This document shows, in pieces, positions 26,044-39,994 of a stretch of 64,000 bases of DNA. Source of the DNA: Octopus vulgaris. Its lineage: Eukaryota. A program made the translations under genes and the position numbers. Each line of letters begins with the position of its first letter. The first letter of the stretch is position 1. Location: positions 1,860,001-1,924,000 of the forward strand of contig OX597826.1 of the NCBI GenBank assembly GCA_951406725.2, read 5' to 3'. The notes below the pieces were generated by a model. It did no database searches. It was not told where the DNA came from and saw only the letters and a list, made by a program, of their open reading frames with translations.

Positions 26044-27686
26044 TTTCTTTATTACCCATAAAGGGCTACACAGAGGGGACAATACAAACATTGGGGATAT
26101 AAAATATCACAATTACATAAATATGGAAAATGGAATATGAAAATGATAAATGAAAAATGAAAGTGATGCTACCGGCCCCATCCGCTAGCATCACTTACCT
26201 GTCCTTCATACTTTATTCTGAATGTAATACACATTGTGCTCTATTTTCATCGCAAATCTCTTTTCCATTTCCGTTATTATCTCGTCATCTATTTCAAATC
26301 TAAACACTTTATAGTTTTTCTTTTTACATTTTTCCACGAATTCTTCTAAACGTTCTTCCGAGATTACAGCGTACCTATCACTGTCCTTGTCACACCAGTG
26401 ATAGTCTTTCAATATTTCTTTTACGTCTTTTTTCCTCGAAATACCTAGAAAATTGGGCCTAGGTTTTTTTTTTGCGGTATCTTGTCTGTTTGCTTCTTCT
26501 TTTGTTGTTTTCTTGTTGGTGGGGAGCGGGTGGGTTCACTGTCTGCAGGGGAAGGGTGGGTCTCAGAGGGTGCGGGTGGTGTTGGGGTGGATTGAGGTTC
26601 AGCACTATTTTTTTTCCCTTCTTCTCTTCTTCCTTCTTCTGCTTTCTTCCCATTCTTTTTGTACCTCCTCCTCTTCCGTTGTGACATTCTCCGTTGATTT
26701 CTGCTCTTCCTCGTTGGCCACTACCTCTCTTTGAGGTTCCGCATCAATTTCCTTTGATGGGGGAGGGCAGTTAGCTCTTATGTGACCTTTCAGGCCACAC
26801 TTGTAGCAGCGCGGAGCTCTGCCCTCCACCCACACTCTCATTATAACACTTCCAATTCTGATATTCTCACTCAATTGTTCCAATATTTCAGCCTCCGCTT
26901 GCACGTTTAGTTCCAAAACTGCACCCTTCCAGCCTCCTTCATCTTTCACTGTAGCATGGAGGATGTCAACTTCTTCCTCACATCCACTGATTACGGCTGC
27001 CACTATCCACTCTCCGTCAACATTAGGAGGTATCCCCTCCACCCTGATCCGAGTAGTTTTTCTACCCAGATATGAGGGCAGAAGGAACACCTTTTCTGTC
27101 TTCACCGTTCTCGCTGCCATTTTCCTCGCCACACTTTCATTCTTGAATTGGATCACCACGGTACCGAAATTTATGCCTCTTGCCAAGAATATTATGTCTT
27201 CTTCCGTTCTTTTTAATGCTTCTTCTATTATTTCCATACCGGCGACTTCTGTTTTCTTTTTTCCATTGGCATAAACCCGGTACGTGATGGTCCTTCGTTC
27301 ATGCCACTCTCTTCGTTTTGGTGGCGGTGACAACTCCACTTCACCGCCGACCTTTTTAATAAATGCCTGGTAGCTTGGCAACTTGGCCAAGTCTATTTCT
27401 CTTTACCCCGTTCTTGTCGCTCCTGCGTATGTGTTGCCTAATTGCTTGTCCATTTTCTTTATCGCCTTTTCAGGTTCTTCTTCAGAAGTCGATAAACCCG
27501 ACACCCTTTCGAACATACTTCGTCTGGCCATCTCTCCCTTAGGGAGGGGCAGCCCACTTCTTCCTTGTCTGTCTCAACACAGACAGACAAAAAAACAAAA
27601 AAACCGTGTAACAATAACATTTAATGATAAAAATTAACAATCAACAATTAAACAGCAACTCACAGGTTCAAATAAGAAGCACAATA
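26044..27686 (-). mobile_element. ORF1-only (gag-like) non-autonomous non-LTR retroelement
   Basis: Single disrupted ORF1 followed by a ~160-nt 3' UTR and the tail TGTCCCCTCTGTGTAGCCCTTTATGGGTAATAAAGAAA. Candidate TSD ACACACAACACAT(C/A)G at 26029-26043 and 27687-27701. Confidence 0.7.
26206..27531 (-). pseudogene. L1/Tx1-type ORF1 protein with a CCHC zinc knuckle (disrupted)
   Basis: ATG at 27531 is in frame with ORF 26605-27390, with one TAA at 27403-27405. RRM-like region (TRIRVEGIPPNV) and knuckle CYKCGLKGHIRANC. Two frameshifts at A-runs (~26610, ~26468) link it to the C-terminal ORF that ends at 26206. Confidence 0.8.
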
Positions 27687-28417
27687 ACACACAACACATA
27701 GTACACGGAAACAAATGCACAATTACATACCTGCTACATGCGAAAGACCAGACATTACGTACTCCCCAAAATTCTCATAGATACTGAATGCTACTTTATA
27801 AGCATATAATTCAATCCAGCAGCTATAGTAAATGGTATACGCACCGCTTCAACTGGACTAATTCACTTATGCACTCAATTAAATTTTTCATATTTTAATT
27901 TCTCCCATTCATGCAAAGCCACATATTCGAGTTCAAGTCTTTGGTACATTTTATACTAATTGCTATTTTTTCTTTTAACTGTTATATAACGATTTAATTA
28001 CCATTTTAATAAAATAAAATATATTTAATTACTACTTACTATATTTACTATATTTAATTCAATTGTTATTATTACTTCTAACTTTTATTGCAATTTTTAT
28101 TTCTAAATTTCTTATGGAACGTCGAGTGGATCTTATGCGTACAATATATTTTTATATGATGTTTATATATTTATATATTACTATATATTTCTAAACGTCG
28201 GGCTTTATGTCTGTTCTGTAGATATAAATGAATATATGAATATATGTATGTATTTGATTTTTCTGTGGATTTTGTAGTGCTCTTGTAGTTGCTGCTCGCA
28301 TTGCCCCCCCTCGGATTAAAAAGTGTATACAGCTCATTTGAGCACTACTATTCCAGTGTGTTATATATTTTGAGCGTTGTTGTCACTAACGATCTCAAGA
28401 TATAACTTTATATTTTG

Positions 28418-28491
<74 letters not shown>

Positions 28492-28700
28492 AATAGTAAA
28501 AAGTGAAAAAACTACAGAAGGCTTGTTTTAAAAGGTTAAAAAGTATATTTGAGTCATTATGTCAGAACAATGTTATAAAATTTTTTCATACATTGACATA
28601 GTTTTTGAAGAAATTACCGGTTTCGTGTTAACTTTTCAAATTTCTCAAAACATCGTGTTATGTCTTCGTTATGAAGTGTAAAGAACCACCAACTTTCTCA

Positions 28701-28760
<60 letters not shown>

Positions 28761-28932
28761 CATATACATACAATAGAGAGATGTTTTTGTTTCACTTTAA
28801 ACATGTAATACTGAAATAGTGGAGAAGATATGATATTGCTGTGGGCTCGCACTAGGCAAGAAGTCAAACATTTTTTTTGCCCATGACACTACATGGATCC
28901 TAAGTAAGGCATGTGTAAAATTTGAATACATA

Positions 28933-29001
<69 letters not shown>

Positions 29002-29744
29002 ATATAAATATATGTAAGAATTTATTCCGTTGTCGTTATTCATTGTTTAGTTTAAGGAAGAAACAAACAAACAAACCAAAGCAAAAATCCTTAAGTAAGC
29101 ACACTACAAGTGATGTCGTCTGCCAGTAAAGAAAATCTCTGCCCCCCCTCTCATTATCTGTTTTATCTCTTCACTCATTCCTCCTCCCCTTCTTTCTCTC
29201 CCCCTCTCTCTTCCCTTCTCTCTTTTATTGTATCTAATGTTGCCACTTTCCCAGCCTTACGCTTTCTATTCCTTTCCCTGCCTCTCTGTCTCTTCGTCAC
29301 TCTCTTTAGCATGCCTTTACTTGCTTACCCTCCCATTTCCGCCTCTATCTTATACACACTTCCTCTCACTATATTTTACGTTCTCTTTCATAACACCCCC
29401 CTCACTCTCACTCTCTATTCTTTCTGTCTCTCCCTTTCTTATGCGCATCCACATAAACTTACAAACATGCTTCTCTCTCTCCCCCTCTCCTCCTTCATAT
29501 TTACTCAAATATCCTTTTACATCTTTCTGCATAGAGAGATGGAGAGAGGGAGAGAGGGAGACAGCAGAAGGTTGTGTGGAAGGAGGAGTTTGAAAAATGG
29601 GTGGGTTGGTGTGAGAGGTGGAGTGAGTTATGAGTTACTTATGGAAGGAGGCTTTTATCGGGAGGACGGACTGGCAGAGTGTGAACTAATCAATGGTTTT
29701 GCTGTTTAAAAAAAGGTCATGCACAAACAACGAATTATTTTAAT

Positions 29745-29810
<66 letters not shown>

Positions 29811-29886
29811 CGTTCATGCATACGTATATATGTGCATACAGACACACATACATATACAAACATACATAAACACATGCACAAATGCA

Positions 29887-29922
<36 letters not shown>

Positions 29923-30881
29923 CATATATAAATATATATATATATATATAAATATATATATACATATATAAATATATAAATATATATATATATATGCATA
30001 TATATATATATGTATGTGCGTGCAAATATGTATGCATCTATGTATTTATATATGCATATATATATGCATGCATATACATACATGCATATATATATCTTTA
30101 TAAAAATGAACATTAGACTATATATATGTATATTTGTATGCATATGAATTGAATATGCATTTACATACATATGAATGTATGTATATATATATATATGTAC
30201 ATGTATATATATATACACATACACATACATACATACATATATACATACAAACATACATACACACACACGTACTTACATATATTCATGTATACAATACTAA
30301 CAAATGAATATACGTGAGTTAAAAAGAATGCAAATATACAAAAAAAAAAACACAAACACAAAGCAAAAAGTAAAATAGAAATAAAAACAATGCATAAAGG
30401 TGTCACGACCAAACGTGCCATACCAGAATAGAAATTTTATATATACCGAGAGATGATACAACTCTCTCTCTCTCTCTCTCTCTCTCTCAATCCCCACTCT
30501 CTTTTCTCGCATGCATAAGCACGGACGCGCGCACACACATTGACAGACGCAAACGCGCATGCGCACACTTATGCACACATACATACATACATACATACAT
30601 ACATACATACATACATACATACGTACAGTCGTACGGATACATATAAACACTGGCACACACGCAAATATGAGTGTATGTCTAATATAATTTAATTGGGCTC
30701 GACTCTATAAAACAAGAATCCTTTTCTAACCGAGAGACAGAAATCTTTTGTGTTTTCGGTGGTGGCTTATTTAATAATGGATTCCAGTAAATAAATGTTG
30801 AAATTACGTATGTGTGTGTATTGTGTGTGTGTGTTGTATGCATGGATGTAACATCTATGTAAAAATGCATATATATGTGTG

Positions 30882-31047
<166 letters not shown>

Positions 31048-31524
31048 GTATGTAGATATATTTATATATTTATTGTTATGAATCTATCTATTATATATCA
31101 TATAATGGGCATGCTCAAGCGAAAACACATATATGTACATGCTTACAGCCATATACATACATAGACTCGCATACAACACACCCCGCGATACATACATACC
31201 TATATATATATATATATATATACAATATATATATAAATAAACACCTATATGGACATACGTACATACATACACATTATATCTACGTACTCACACACACATG
31301 CACAAATACAGACATACACACACACACACATATATATATATACATATACACACACACAAAGCGTGTCTTTTAACCAATTGAATTTTCGCGAATTCGTATC
31401 AATTGCTATAACTGCAGTTCTTTGAGAAATTTAGATGCTCAATGTTGCTTCATAAACCGTTTGGGTAAATTATCCGAACATAATAATTACATTACGGTTC
31501 TGTTGGAAATTTTGTCACGGATAA

Positions 31525-31584
<60 letters not shown>

Positions 31585-31658
31585 ACATATACACATATAT
31601 ATACACAACACATCAATATTAATATTTTTTCCGCGGTATCTTTATCTATCAATCCGTA

Positions 31659-31813
<155 letters not shown>

Positions 31814-31851
31814 CATACATACATACATACATACATACATACATACATACA

Positions 31852-31887
<36 letters not shown>

Positions 31888-32377
31888 TGTATATGTAGAC
31901 ACTGAACCGTGTGTAAAAGACGCTTGAACACTTTTATATTATAGTGGAATATATTAAAGCCACAATGAATATCAATTTACGCGCTGTTTGGTGTTTTCTA
32001 TGATTTTTCGTCGGTTGTTTATTGTCATCCTGACACTATTTCTAGTATCTATGAGTAGGAGTAGACAGGGCGGTGGACGTTTAGATTAGGAGTATGCGTT
32101 GTTGTTTGGTTAAGAAATTTGATTTGCAGCGATGTAGTTTCGGGTTCTGTTTCACTGCGCGGCACCTTGGCCACCTAGCTGCAAATATAGCCTCGCGTCG
32201 ACCAAAGCTTTGTGATTCAACTTGATAAATAGAAACTGTATGGTAGCCCATCGTAGATATATGTATGTATGTTCGTATTCATGTAAGTACGTATGCATGT
32301 AGGTATATATTTCGTGTTTATTTATATGTGCATGTATGTATATACTTGTGTGTGTGTTCGTGTGCGTACTCGTGTGT

Positions 32378-32420
<43 letters not shown>

Positions 32421-32844
32421 TGGAAGGAAATGGGGAGAGCAACAGGTTTTTATTGCATAAAACTACAACTGTTTCATCGCCGAAACATCGTGAAATTACT
32501 TTTATGTATTATTTCATATTTGATATATTATTGTTTCAGCAAGGTCTTGCTCGTAAAATGGCGATGAAACATTTGTAGTGTTATGCAATAAAAATTTGTT
32601 GCTCAACCCATTTTCTCTTATTCATAGTTTTGTATTTACGCTGCGGATATTCACGGATTTCCAGTTCTATATTCAGTGATATGATCGATCTCACTCTACA
32701 ATAACATTTGTTAGCCGATACCTGTAGCCGGCAAAATCTTATGTGGTCCCTTAAGTGTTATATGGACTGATGTACTAGACCTTTTCTAGGCGGTACCCTC
32801 ACATTGGTCGCTGTCCAATGACTGGAACATGTAACGTTATAAAA

Positions 32845-33374
32845 TAATCCTTTCTATTATAGGCACAAGGCCTGGCATTTTTGTGGGAAAGGGACAGCCG
32901 ATTACATCGACTCCAGTGTTAAACTGGTACTTATTTTATCAACCTCGAAAGGATAAAAGGTGACGTCGACCTCGGCGGTATTTGAACTCAGAACGTAAAG
33001 ACGAACGAATTGCCTCTAAGCATTTTGTTCGGCGCGGTAACGATTCCGCCAGCTTAGGGCACTTAACGCTATAAGATAATTCTTTCTACTATAAGCACAA
33101 GGCCTGAAATTTGTGAGGAGGGGTGGGGGTGGCAGTCGAATAGATCGACCCCAGTACGCAACTGGTACTTAATTTGTCCACCCCGAAAGGATAAAAGGTA
33201 AAGTCGACCTCGGCGGAATTTGAACTCAGAACATAAAGACAGACAAAATATCGCTATGCATTTCGCCCGGCGTGCTAACGATTCTGCCAGCTTGCCGCCT
33301 TTTAACGCTATAATAAAGCCTAAAAGAATAAAAGAATACAAGCGTTTTCATTAAGACAAGAGAGAGAGAGAGGT

Positions 33375-33427
<53 letters not shown>

Positions 33428-34180
33428 AGTAATTTTCAGTTATTAGGTTCAAATCTTGGCACAAGGCCAGCAATTTTGGGGGAGGGGGACTAATCGTTCC
33501 CCCAGTGCTCAACCGGTACTTATTTTATCTGAAAGGATGAAAGGCGCAGTCGACCCCAGCGGAATTTGAACTCTTTACTACCCACAAGGGCTAAACACAG
33601 AGAGGACAAACAAGGACAGACATACGGATTAAGTCGATTATATCGACCCCAGTGCGTAACTGGTACTTATTTAATCGACCCCCGAAAAAATGAAAGGCAA
33701 AGTCGACTTCGGCGGAATTTGAACTCAGAACGTAGCGGCACACGAAATACTGCTAAACATTTTGCCCAGCCTTGTTAACGATCCTTTTCTACTCTAGGCA
33801 CAAGGCCCGAAATTTTTGGGGACATACGGATTAATTCGATTAGATCGACTCCAGTACGCAACTGGTACCTAATTTATCAATCCCGAAAGGATGAAAGGCA
33901 AAGTCGACCTCGGTAGAATTTGAACTCAGAACGTAAAGACAGACGAAATACGTATTTCTTTACTACCCTAAAGACAGAGAGGACAAACAAAGACAGACAA
34001 ACGGATTAAGTCGATTATATCGACCCCAGTGCGTAACTGGTACTTAATTTATCGACCCCGAAAGGATGAAAGGCGGAGTCGACCTCGGCGGAATTTGAAC
34101 CCTGAACGTAAAGACAGGCGAAATACTGCTAAGCATTTTGGCCGGTGAACTTAACGATTCTGCCAGTTTCACCGCCTTTA
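32845..34180 (-). mobile_element. cluster of about six same-strand SINE family B monomers
   Basis: Repeated GAAAGGATGAAAGGCAAAGTCGACCTCGGCGGAATTTGAACTCAGAAC cores carrying tail 1 or tail 2. (GA)n at 33360-33426. Confidence 0.9.
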
Positions 34181-34848
34181 ACGCTGTCAGATAATAAAAG
34201 TATGAAAGAAGAACAAAAATACAAGCATGAAGGACAAGAAAGAAAGAAAGAAAGAGAAAGAGAAAGAGAGAGAGAGGGGGGAAGAAAGAAAGAGAGAGAG
34301 TTGTTATTACAGAGAAATTGCTGAATCTTCACGTAAGGTTAAGCTTCTTCCTCGCTTTTCTGCCGCCCACTTCAGGTTACTAAGTAAACATTTGGTGATA
34401 TAACCAAGTCCGTCATTGATTTATAAGTACGAGATTAAGGTAAACTATTATATATGAATGAACGTAGTAGTAGTGGTAGTAGTAGTAGTAGCAGTAGCTT
34501 TGGTGGTGGTGGTGGTGGTAGTAGTAGTAGTAGTAGTTAAGTAGTCTTGATCAGCTGACCGGAAGTGTTCTCTCATATATTTTTTTACATAGTCACGTTA
34601 TACGTGACAATCATTCTCGATGTAGAAGTGACCTCTGGGGACGAGAGAAAGCGAGAGAGACAGAGAGAGAGAGAGAGAGAGGGGGAAGAGAAAGAAGTTT
34701 TCTTTTCCACTCGCTTTCTGTACCTTTCTTTCTTTCTTCCTTCTTTCTTTCTTTCTTTCTTCCTTCTTTCTTTCTTTCTTTCTCTCTCTCCCTCTCATAC
34801 TCTATCTCACACAAGGAATATTTCTACATTCATGCATAAATAATTATA

Positions 34849-34892
<44 letters not shown>

Positions 34893-35094
34893 TATACATA
34901 TGCATATATACATATATATATATATATATGTATATATGCATATGTATATGTATATATATATATATACATATATATACATACATACATACATACATATATA
35001 TACATACATATATACATATATATACATATATACATACATATATATATACATATATATATGTATATATATACATATGCACATATACATACATATA

Positions 35095-35129
<35 letters not shown>

Positions 35130-35132
<3 letters not shown>

Positions 35133-35345
35133 TCAGTAATAATAAAAGGGTGAAATTAATTAATTAGGGATAATTATCAATTACACCAAGTAGATTTCGG
35201 TATGTAAAAGCCCCATTCGAGGAAAATTTAAGTAATACTAAGTAATTAAGGGTTTAGCAACGAATTGCCTCACCGCTAAATTCGCTGCTATTTCTAAATT
35301 CGGTGTGTTGGTGAGGCAATTCGTTGCTAAACCCTTAATTACTTA

Positions 35346-35411
<66 letters not shown>

Positions 35412-35890
35412 AGAAAGGGTGAAATTAATTAATTAAGAAGTAATCAGTAATTTCACCAAGTAGAATTCGGCATGAAAAGGACCATTTCACGGTAAACCTA
35501 AGTAATACTTATAATTAGGGTTCAGCAACGATTTGCTTCACCACATACCGAAGTTTAGAAATAGCAGTCAAAAAATCTTAGCTATTCCTTCTACTTTAAA
35601 GGGGGTTCCCAGAAAAACCAAAGCACTTGAAAACAAACCACGCAGGCAAAAGGGAAAAACGACGAAAATCATTCTATATTGGGTTAACCACGGACGTACG
35701 TTTCGGAATTAGATCAGTATAAAGCATAAATAATCAGTAATTATACCTTACCCGACCATTTTCGGCTCTTTTCAAGTGCTTTGGTTTTTTCTGGGAACCC
35801 CCTTTAAAGTAGAAGGAATAGCTAAGCCTTTTTGGCTGCTATTTCTAAACTTCGGTATGTGGTGAAGCAAATCGTTGCTGAACCCTATTT
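35130..35890. mobile_element. two adjacent related foldback elements (Penelope-like inverted termini) bounded by (TA)n
   Basis: Inverted arms 35236-35274/35310-35348 and 35517-35633/35769-35886. Both start AAAGGGTGAAATTAATTAATTA. Confidence 0.7.
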
Positions 35891-35895
35891 ATAAA

Positions 35896-35960
<65 letters not shown>

Positions 35961-36076
35961 CATATGTATATATGTATATATATATATGTATATACATATG
36001 TATATATGTATATATATATATATATGTATATAGGTATATATATATATATATATGTATATGCATATATATATATGTA

Positions 36077-36121
<45 letters not shown>

Positions 36122-36146
36122 GTATGTTTATATGTATGCATATATG

Positions 36147-36196
<50 letters not shown>

Positions 36197-36321
36197 CTAT
36201 GCTAGCGTCCATGTATATATGTATATATGTATGTGCGTGTATACATGTTTGTATGTAAATACATATATATATGTATGAATATGTATGTGTGTATGTATGT
36301 ATGTACGTATGTATGTAAGTG

Positions 36322-36354
<33 letters not shown>

Positions 36355-36357
36355 GTG

Positions 36358-36394
<37 letters not shown>

Positions 36395-36397
36395 GTG

Positions 36398-36429
<32 letters not shown>

Positions 36430-36763
36430 TGTATGTATGTATGTATCTATCTATCTATCTATCTATCTATTTATTGCTATGTCAGCTTACCTGTCACACC
36501 TCAGTTACATATTCGCAGTCACATAACAGCAAATATGTGACGTTGCATAGCAGTTGTCTTTGCGATCACATAACTACAGATATATAACGCGTCAAGTTCA
36601 GATGATCGATAAATATCGGATTACCTGCCCATTGGTTATTACTTCACAACTACTATCAGAGTGCGTTGCATTTAACTGTCTAACTAGTTTCATTTCGAGT
36701 GCTGCGGCCATGATGGGGCAGCGGGCAAAACTCTGATAGTTATACCATGACTCATATGTATAA

Positions 36764-37100
36764 GGCGCATGGCTCAGTGGTTAGAACGTCGAGTTTACGA
36801 TCGTGAGGTTGTGAGTTCGAATTCCGGACCAGGCTGCGTGCTGTGTTCTTGAGCAAGACACTTTATTTCACGTTGCTCCAGTTCCCTCAGCTGTAGAAAT
36901 GAGTTGCGATGTCACAGGTGCCAAGCTGTATCGGCCCCTTTGCCTTTCCCTTGGATAACACTGGTGGCGTGGAGAGAGGAAGCCGGTATGCATGGGCAAC
37001 TGCTGGTCTTCAATAAACAACCTTGCCCGGACTTGTGCCTGGGTGGGTAACTTTCGAGGTGCAATCCCATGGTCGGTGTCGTGACCGAAGGGGGTCTCAG
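36764..37100 (+). mobile_element. SINE family C
   Basis: Near-identical to 1244-1565. Confidence 0.9.
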
Positions 37101-37231
37101 CATATGTATAAGTGATCAAGATTGCAATATTGTTGTGATCTTAATTTATATTCTGCCAAAATTGCTTCAATTTACTTACCATTTGGAATAGGTGGCAGAT
37201 CAACTGAGAATGGTGTCTGATATCTCGTACG

Positions 37232-37452
37232 GAGGATGGCGACAAACTGGTAGAATCGTTAGCGCGTCGGGCAAAATGCTTAGCAGCATTGCGTCCGACT
37301 TTACATTTTGAGTTCCAATTCTGCCGAGGTCAGCTTTGCTTTTCAACCTTTCGAGGTCAATAAAATTAGTACCAATTAAATCCTGGGGATCGATGTAATC
37401 GACTGAAAAAACCCTCCCCTGAAATTGCTGGTCTTGTGCCAAAATATGAAAG
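37232..37452 (+). mobile_element. SINE family B (tail 2), diverged
   Basis: Head, core and TCTTGTGCCAAAAT tail. Confidence 0.8.
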
Positions 37453-37468
37453 CAATATCTTATATAGA

Positions 37469-37655
37469 GACGTAGGAGTGGCTGTGTGGTAAGTAGCTTG
37501 CTCACCAACCACATGGTTCCGGGTTCATCCCCACTGCGTGGCACCTTGGGCAAGTAGTGTCTTCTACTATAGCCTCGGACCGACCAAAGCCTTGTATAGA
37601 AGCAGTTGTTGAAACTGGTAGACGGAAACTGAAAGAAGCCCGTCGTATATGTATG

Positions 37656-37701
<46 letters not shown>

Positions 37702-37965
37702 TGTGTGTGTGTGTGTGTGTGTACGTGTGTGTGTGTGTGTGTATGAGTGAGTGTTTATGTGTTTGTGTTTATCGCCCCCAACATCACTTAACAACCGATG
37801 GTGGTGTGTTTACGTCCCCGTAACGTAGCGGTTCGGCAAAAGAGACCGATATAACAAGTACTAAGCTTACAAAGAATAAGTCCTGGGGTCGATTTACTCG
37901 ACTAAAGGCGGTACTCCAGCATGGCCACAGTCAAATGACTGAAACAAGTAAAAGAGTAAAAGAGA
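37469..37965 (+). mobile_element. SINE family A
   Basis: Full-length match to 39995-40418. Confidence 0.9.
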
Positions 37966-38296
37966 GAGGAATATTTATTTTCTTCTCGTTTCGTGGTCTT
38001 TTTCTTTCTTCTCCGTTCGTCGTTTAATAGCATCTGCCGGTCACCGTATCCGCAGACATAAGCAGTAATGCATTTCGAGTGTGTTGTGAAGTGAGCTGAC
38101 ACCCGCGCACGCGACTGGACGATTCTTATAAACAGATGAAACGGTTGACAGCTGAGGTCGAACTGTGAGAGCGTTAGTCTCGTTATTGATTTTGCGTTGC
38201 AATATTGGATTGTTGTGCGAACGGTTGTAATAAGATAACCAACTCCTGTTACACTGCATACTGTTATACGGTTATATTTGGTACTGTGATATATAG

Positions 38297-38348
<52 letters not shown>

Positions 38349-38984
38349 TATATATATATATATCGTCACTGACGAAATAACAGCCGTCCACTTCGCAGCT
38401 GTTCCACTGTCCAGTATCACGTGGAAAACTTCTTGGGACTTTTGCATTTGCTCAGTGAAAGATTCTTTCTGTGAGACTGCACACCCACCATACTCCTCCC
38501 ATTCCTTCATCCGTAACCCTAGACCAGGTGGCTGGCAGTGATATGTCTTGCCAAAGGACAACCCATAAATTTCCAAGATGGTTTCTTTCCAAGATGGCTT
38601 CTTTTTAATATTCTTGAATATAAGAATATAATTCTTGGTCAATTCGGTCTCCTTTTTTCCAACACTTGTGAACTTCATTCCAGCCTTAACTTCAGATATC
38701 ACAAATCTCCACGTTTATTTCCCTCTAAAACATCAATTCTTTAGCCTCTGTCTAAAGCCCGTCTCTGCTGTTTGGTTACGATTTTAACACGTGTTTTACT
38801 CAGAAATACGGTGTCTGTGACTATTTAAAAACCATTCTCCCTGTCACTCACTTCTCTCACCTGGATATAAGCAATAAATAACTTACAAATTAGAAAATTA
38901 CTATTTTTTGAATCTCAAAACGTGAGATATTCAGCAACAGTTCTTTGTAGTAAAGATTGTTTGCCAACATAACATGGCAGTCCT

Positions 38985-39165
38985 GGTTTAGGACGAATGT
39001 TGCTGTAATTTAGCCCCAGGAGACATCGTCTCCAGCTGGCTATACGACACGATCTGTGTCCTTATATTTTCGAACAAGGGAATCTGGCATCCCCACTCAG
39101 CTCAAAACAATAACATCTGTGTATCGCGATTTCTGGGTTATTTCTCTTCATCAGCACAGAATATA
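38985..39165 (-). mobile_element. retrozyme-family copy with a hammerhead (39116-39160)
   Basis: Minus strand TCTGTG-CTGATGA-...-GAAA-TCGCGA-TA-CACAGA, then ~53 nt later GGACACAGATCGTGTCGTATAGCCAGCTGGAGACGATGTCTCCTGGGGCTA. Confidence 0.7.
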
Positions 39166-39709
39166 AATTGAAATATAAGTAAAGACCCCATCCCCCCACA
39201 CACACATAATATATATGTATGTGCGTGCGCACACACACACACATGAATGTATGTGTATACACACACACACACGCACGCACACACACACACATATGGCTAG
39301 CTGTATGGTAAGAAGTTTGCTTCCCAACCACATGGTTCCGGGTTCAGTCCCATCATATGACATATTGAGCAAGTGACTTCTACGTTTGCCTCGTGTCAAC
39401 CAAAAGTTTAAGATTCAAGTGAATCAGGCACCCAAATAGTAAAGCATCAATTTCGGGTCAAAGAAATAACAATCGTGCACAAAACGAAATTAGAGGAGCT
39501 TATACGAACATAACGAATTATAAACGGATTAAAATTCCCGTTGCATATACGATCCCAAGCGCCCCACTGAACATACCACGAGTATCAAAGCTGTACTTAG
39601 GACCACACACTGCACTTATCGCACCGCGCTTACCAGACTCCAGATCCACGCTAATTGCAGGTTCCGAGTAAGATGAATAATAAATAAATAACCACAGATG
39701 GAAATTGGT

Positions 39710-39800
39710 TCATTCACTACAGCTGTTTCGAGCAATCTTTTCTTTTATTGATGGACAGAGTTATTACATGATGCGAAGAAACCGTTTTCTTCAAGTGAAT
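39710..39800 (-). ncRNA. degenerate Penelope-type hammerhead
   Basis: Minus strand ATTCAC-TTGAAGA...GAAACAGCTGTA-GTGAAT. Confidence 0.5.
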
Positions 39801-39994
39801 AAACACGAATTCAACGTCCTAAAAAAAACTTTTCAAGAATCAACATTATGTGCCACTTCATGATTCCTGGATAGCTTAGCGTTTCCCGATTGAAATACTA
39901 AATTATTCTACCATTTATCATGCAGGAAACAAGACCGTTTGTCAATATATATATATATATATATACATACATACATATATGTGTGTATATATAT

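Noticed and set aside
26605-27390. Host zinc-knuckle gene or LTR-retrotransposon gag
   Set aside because: No introns, LTRs or primer-binding site. It has disabling mutations and a LINE-type 3' tail.
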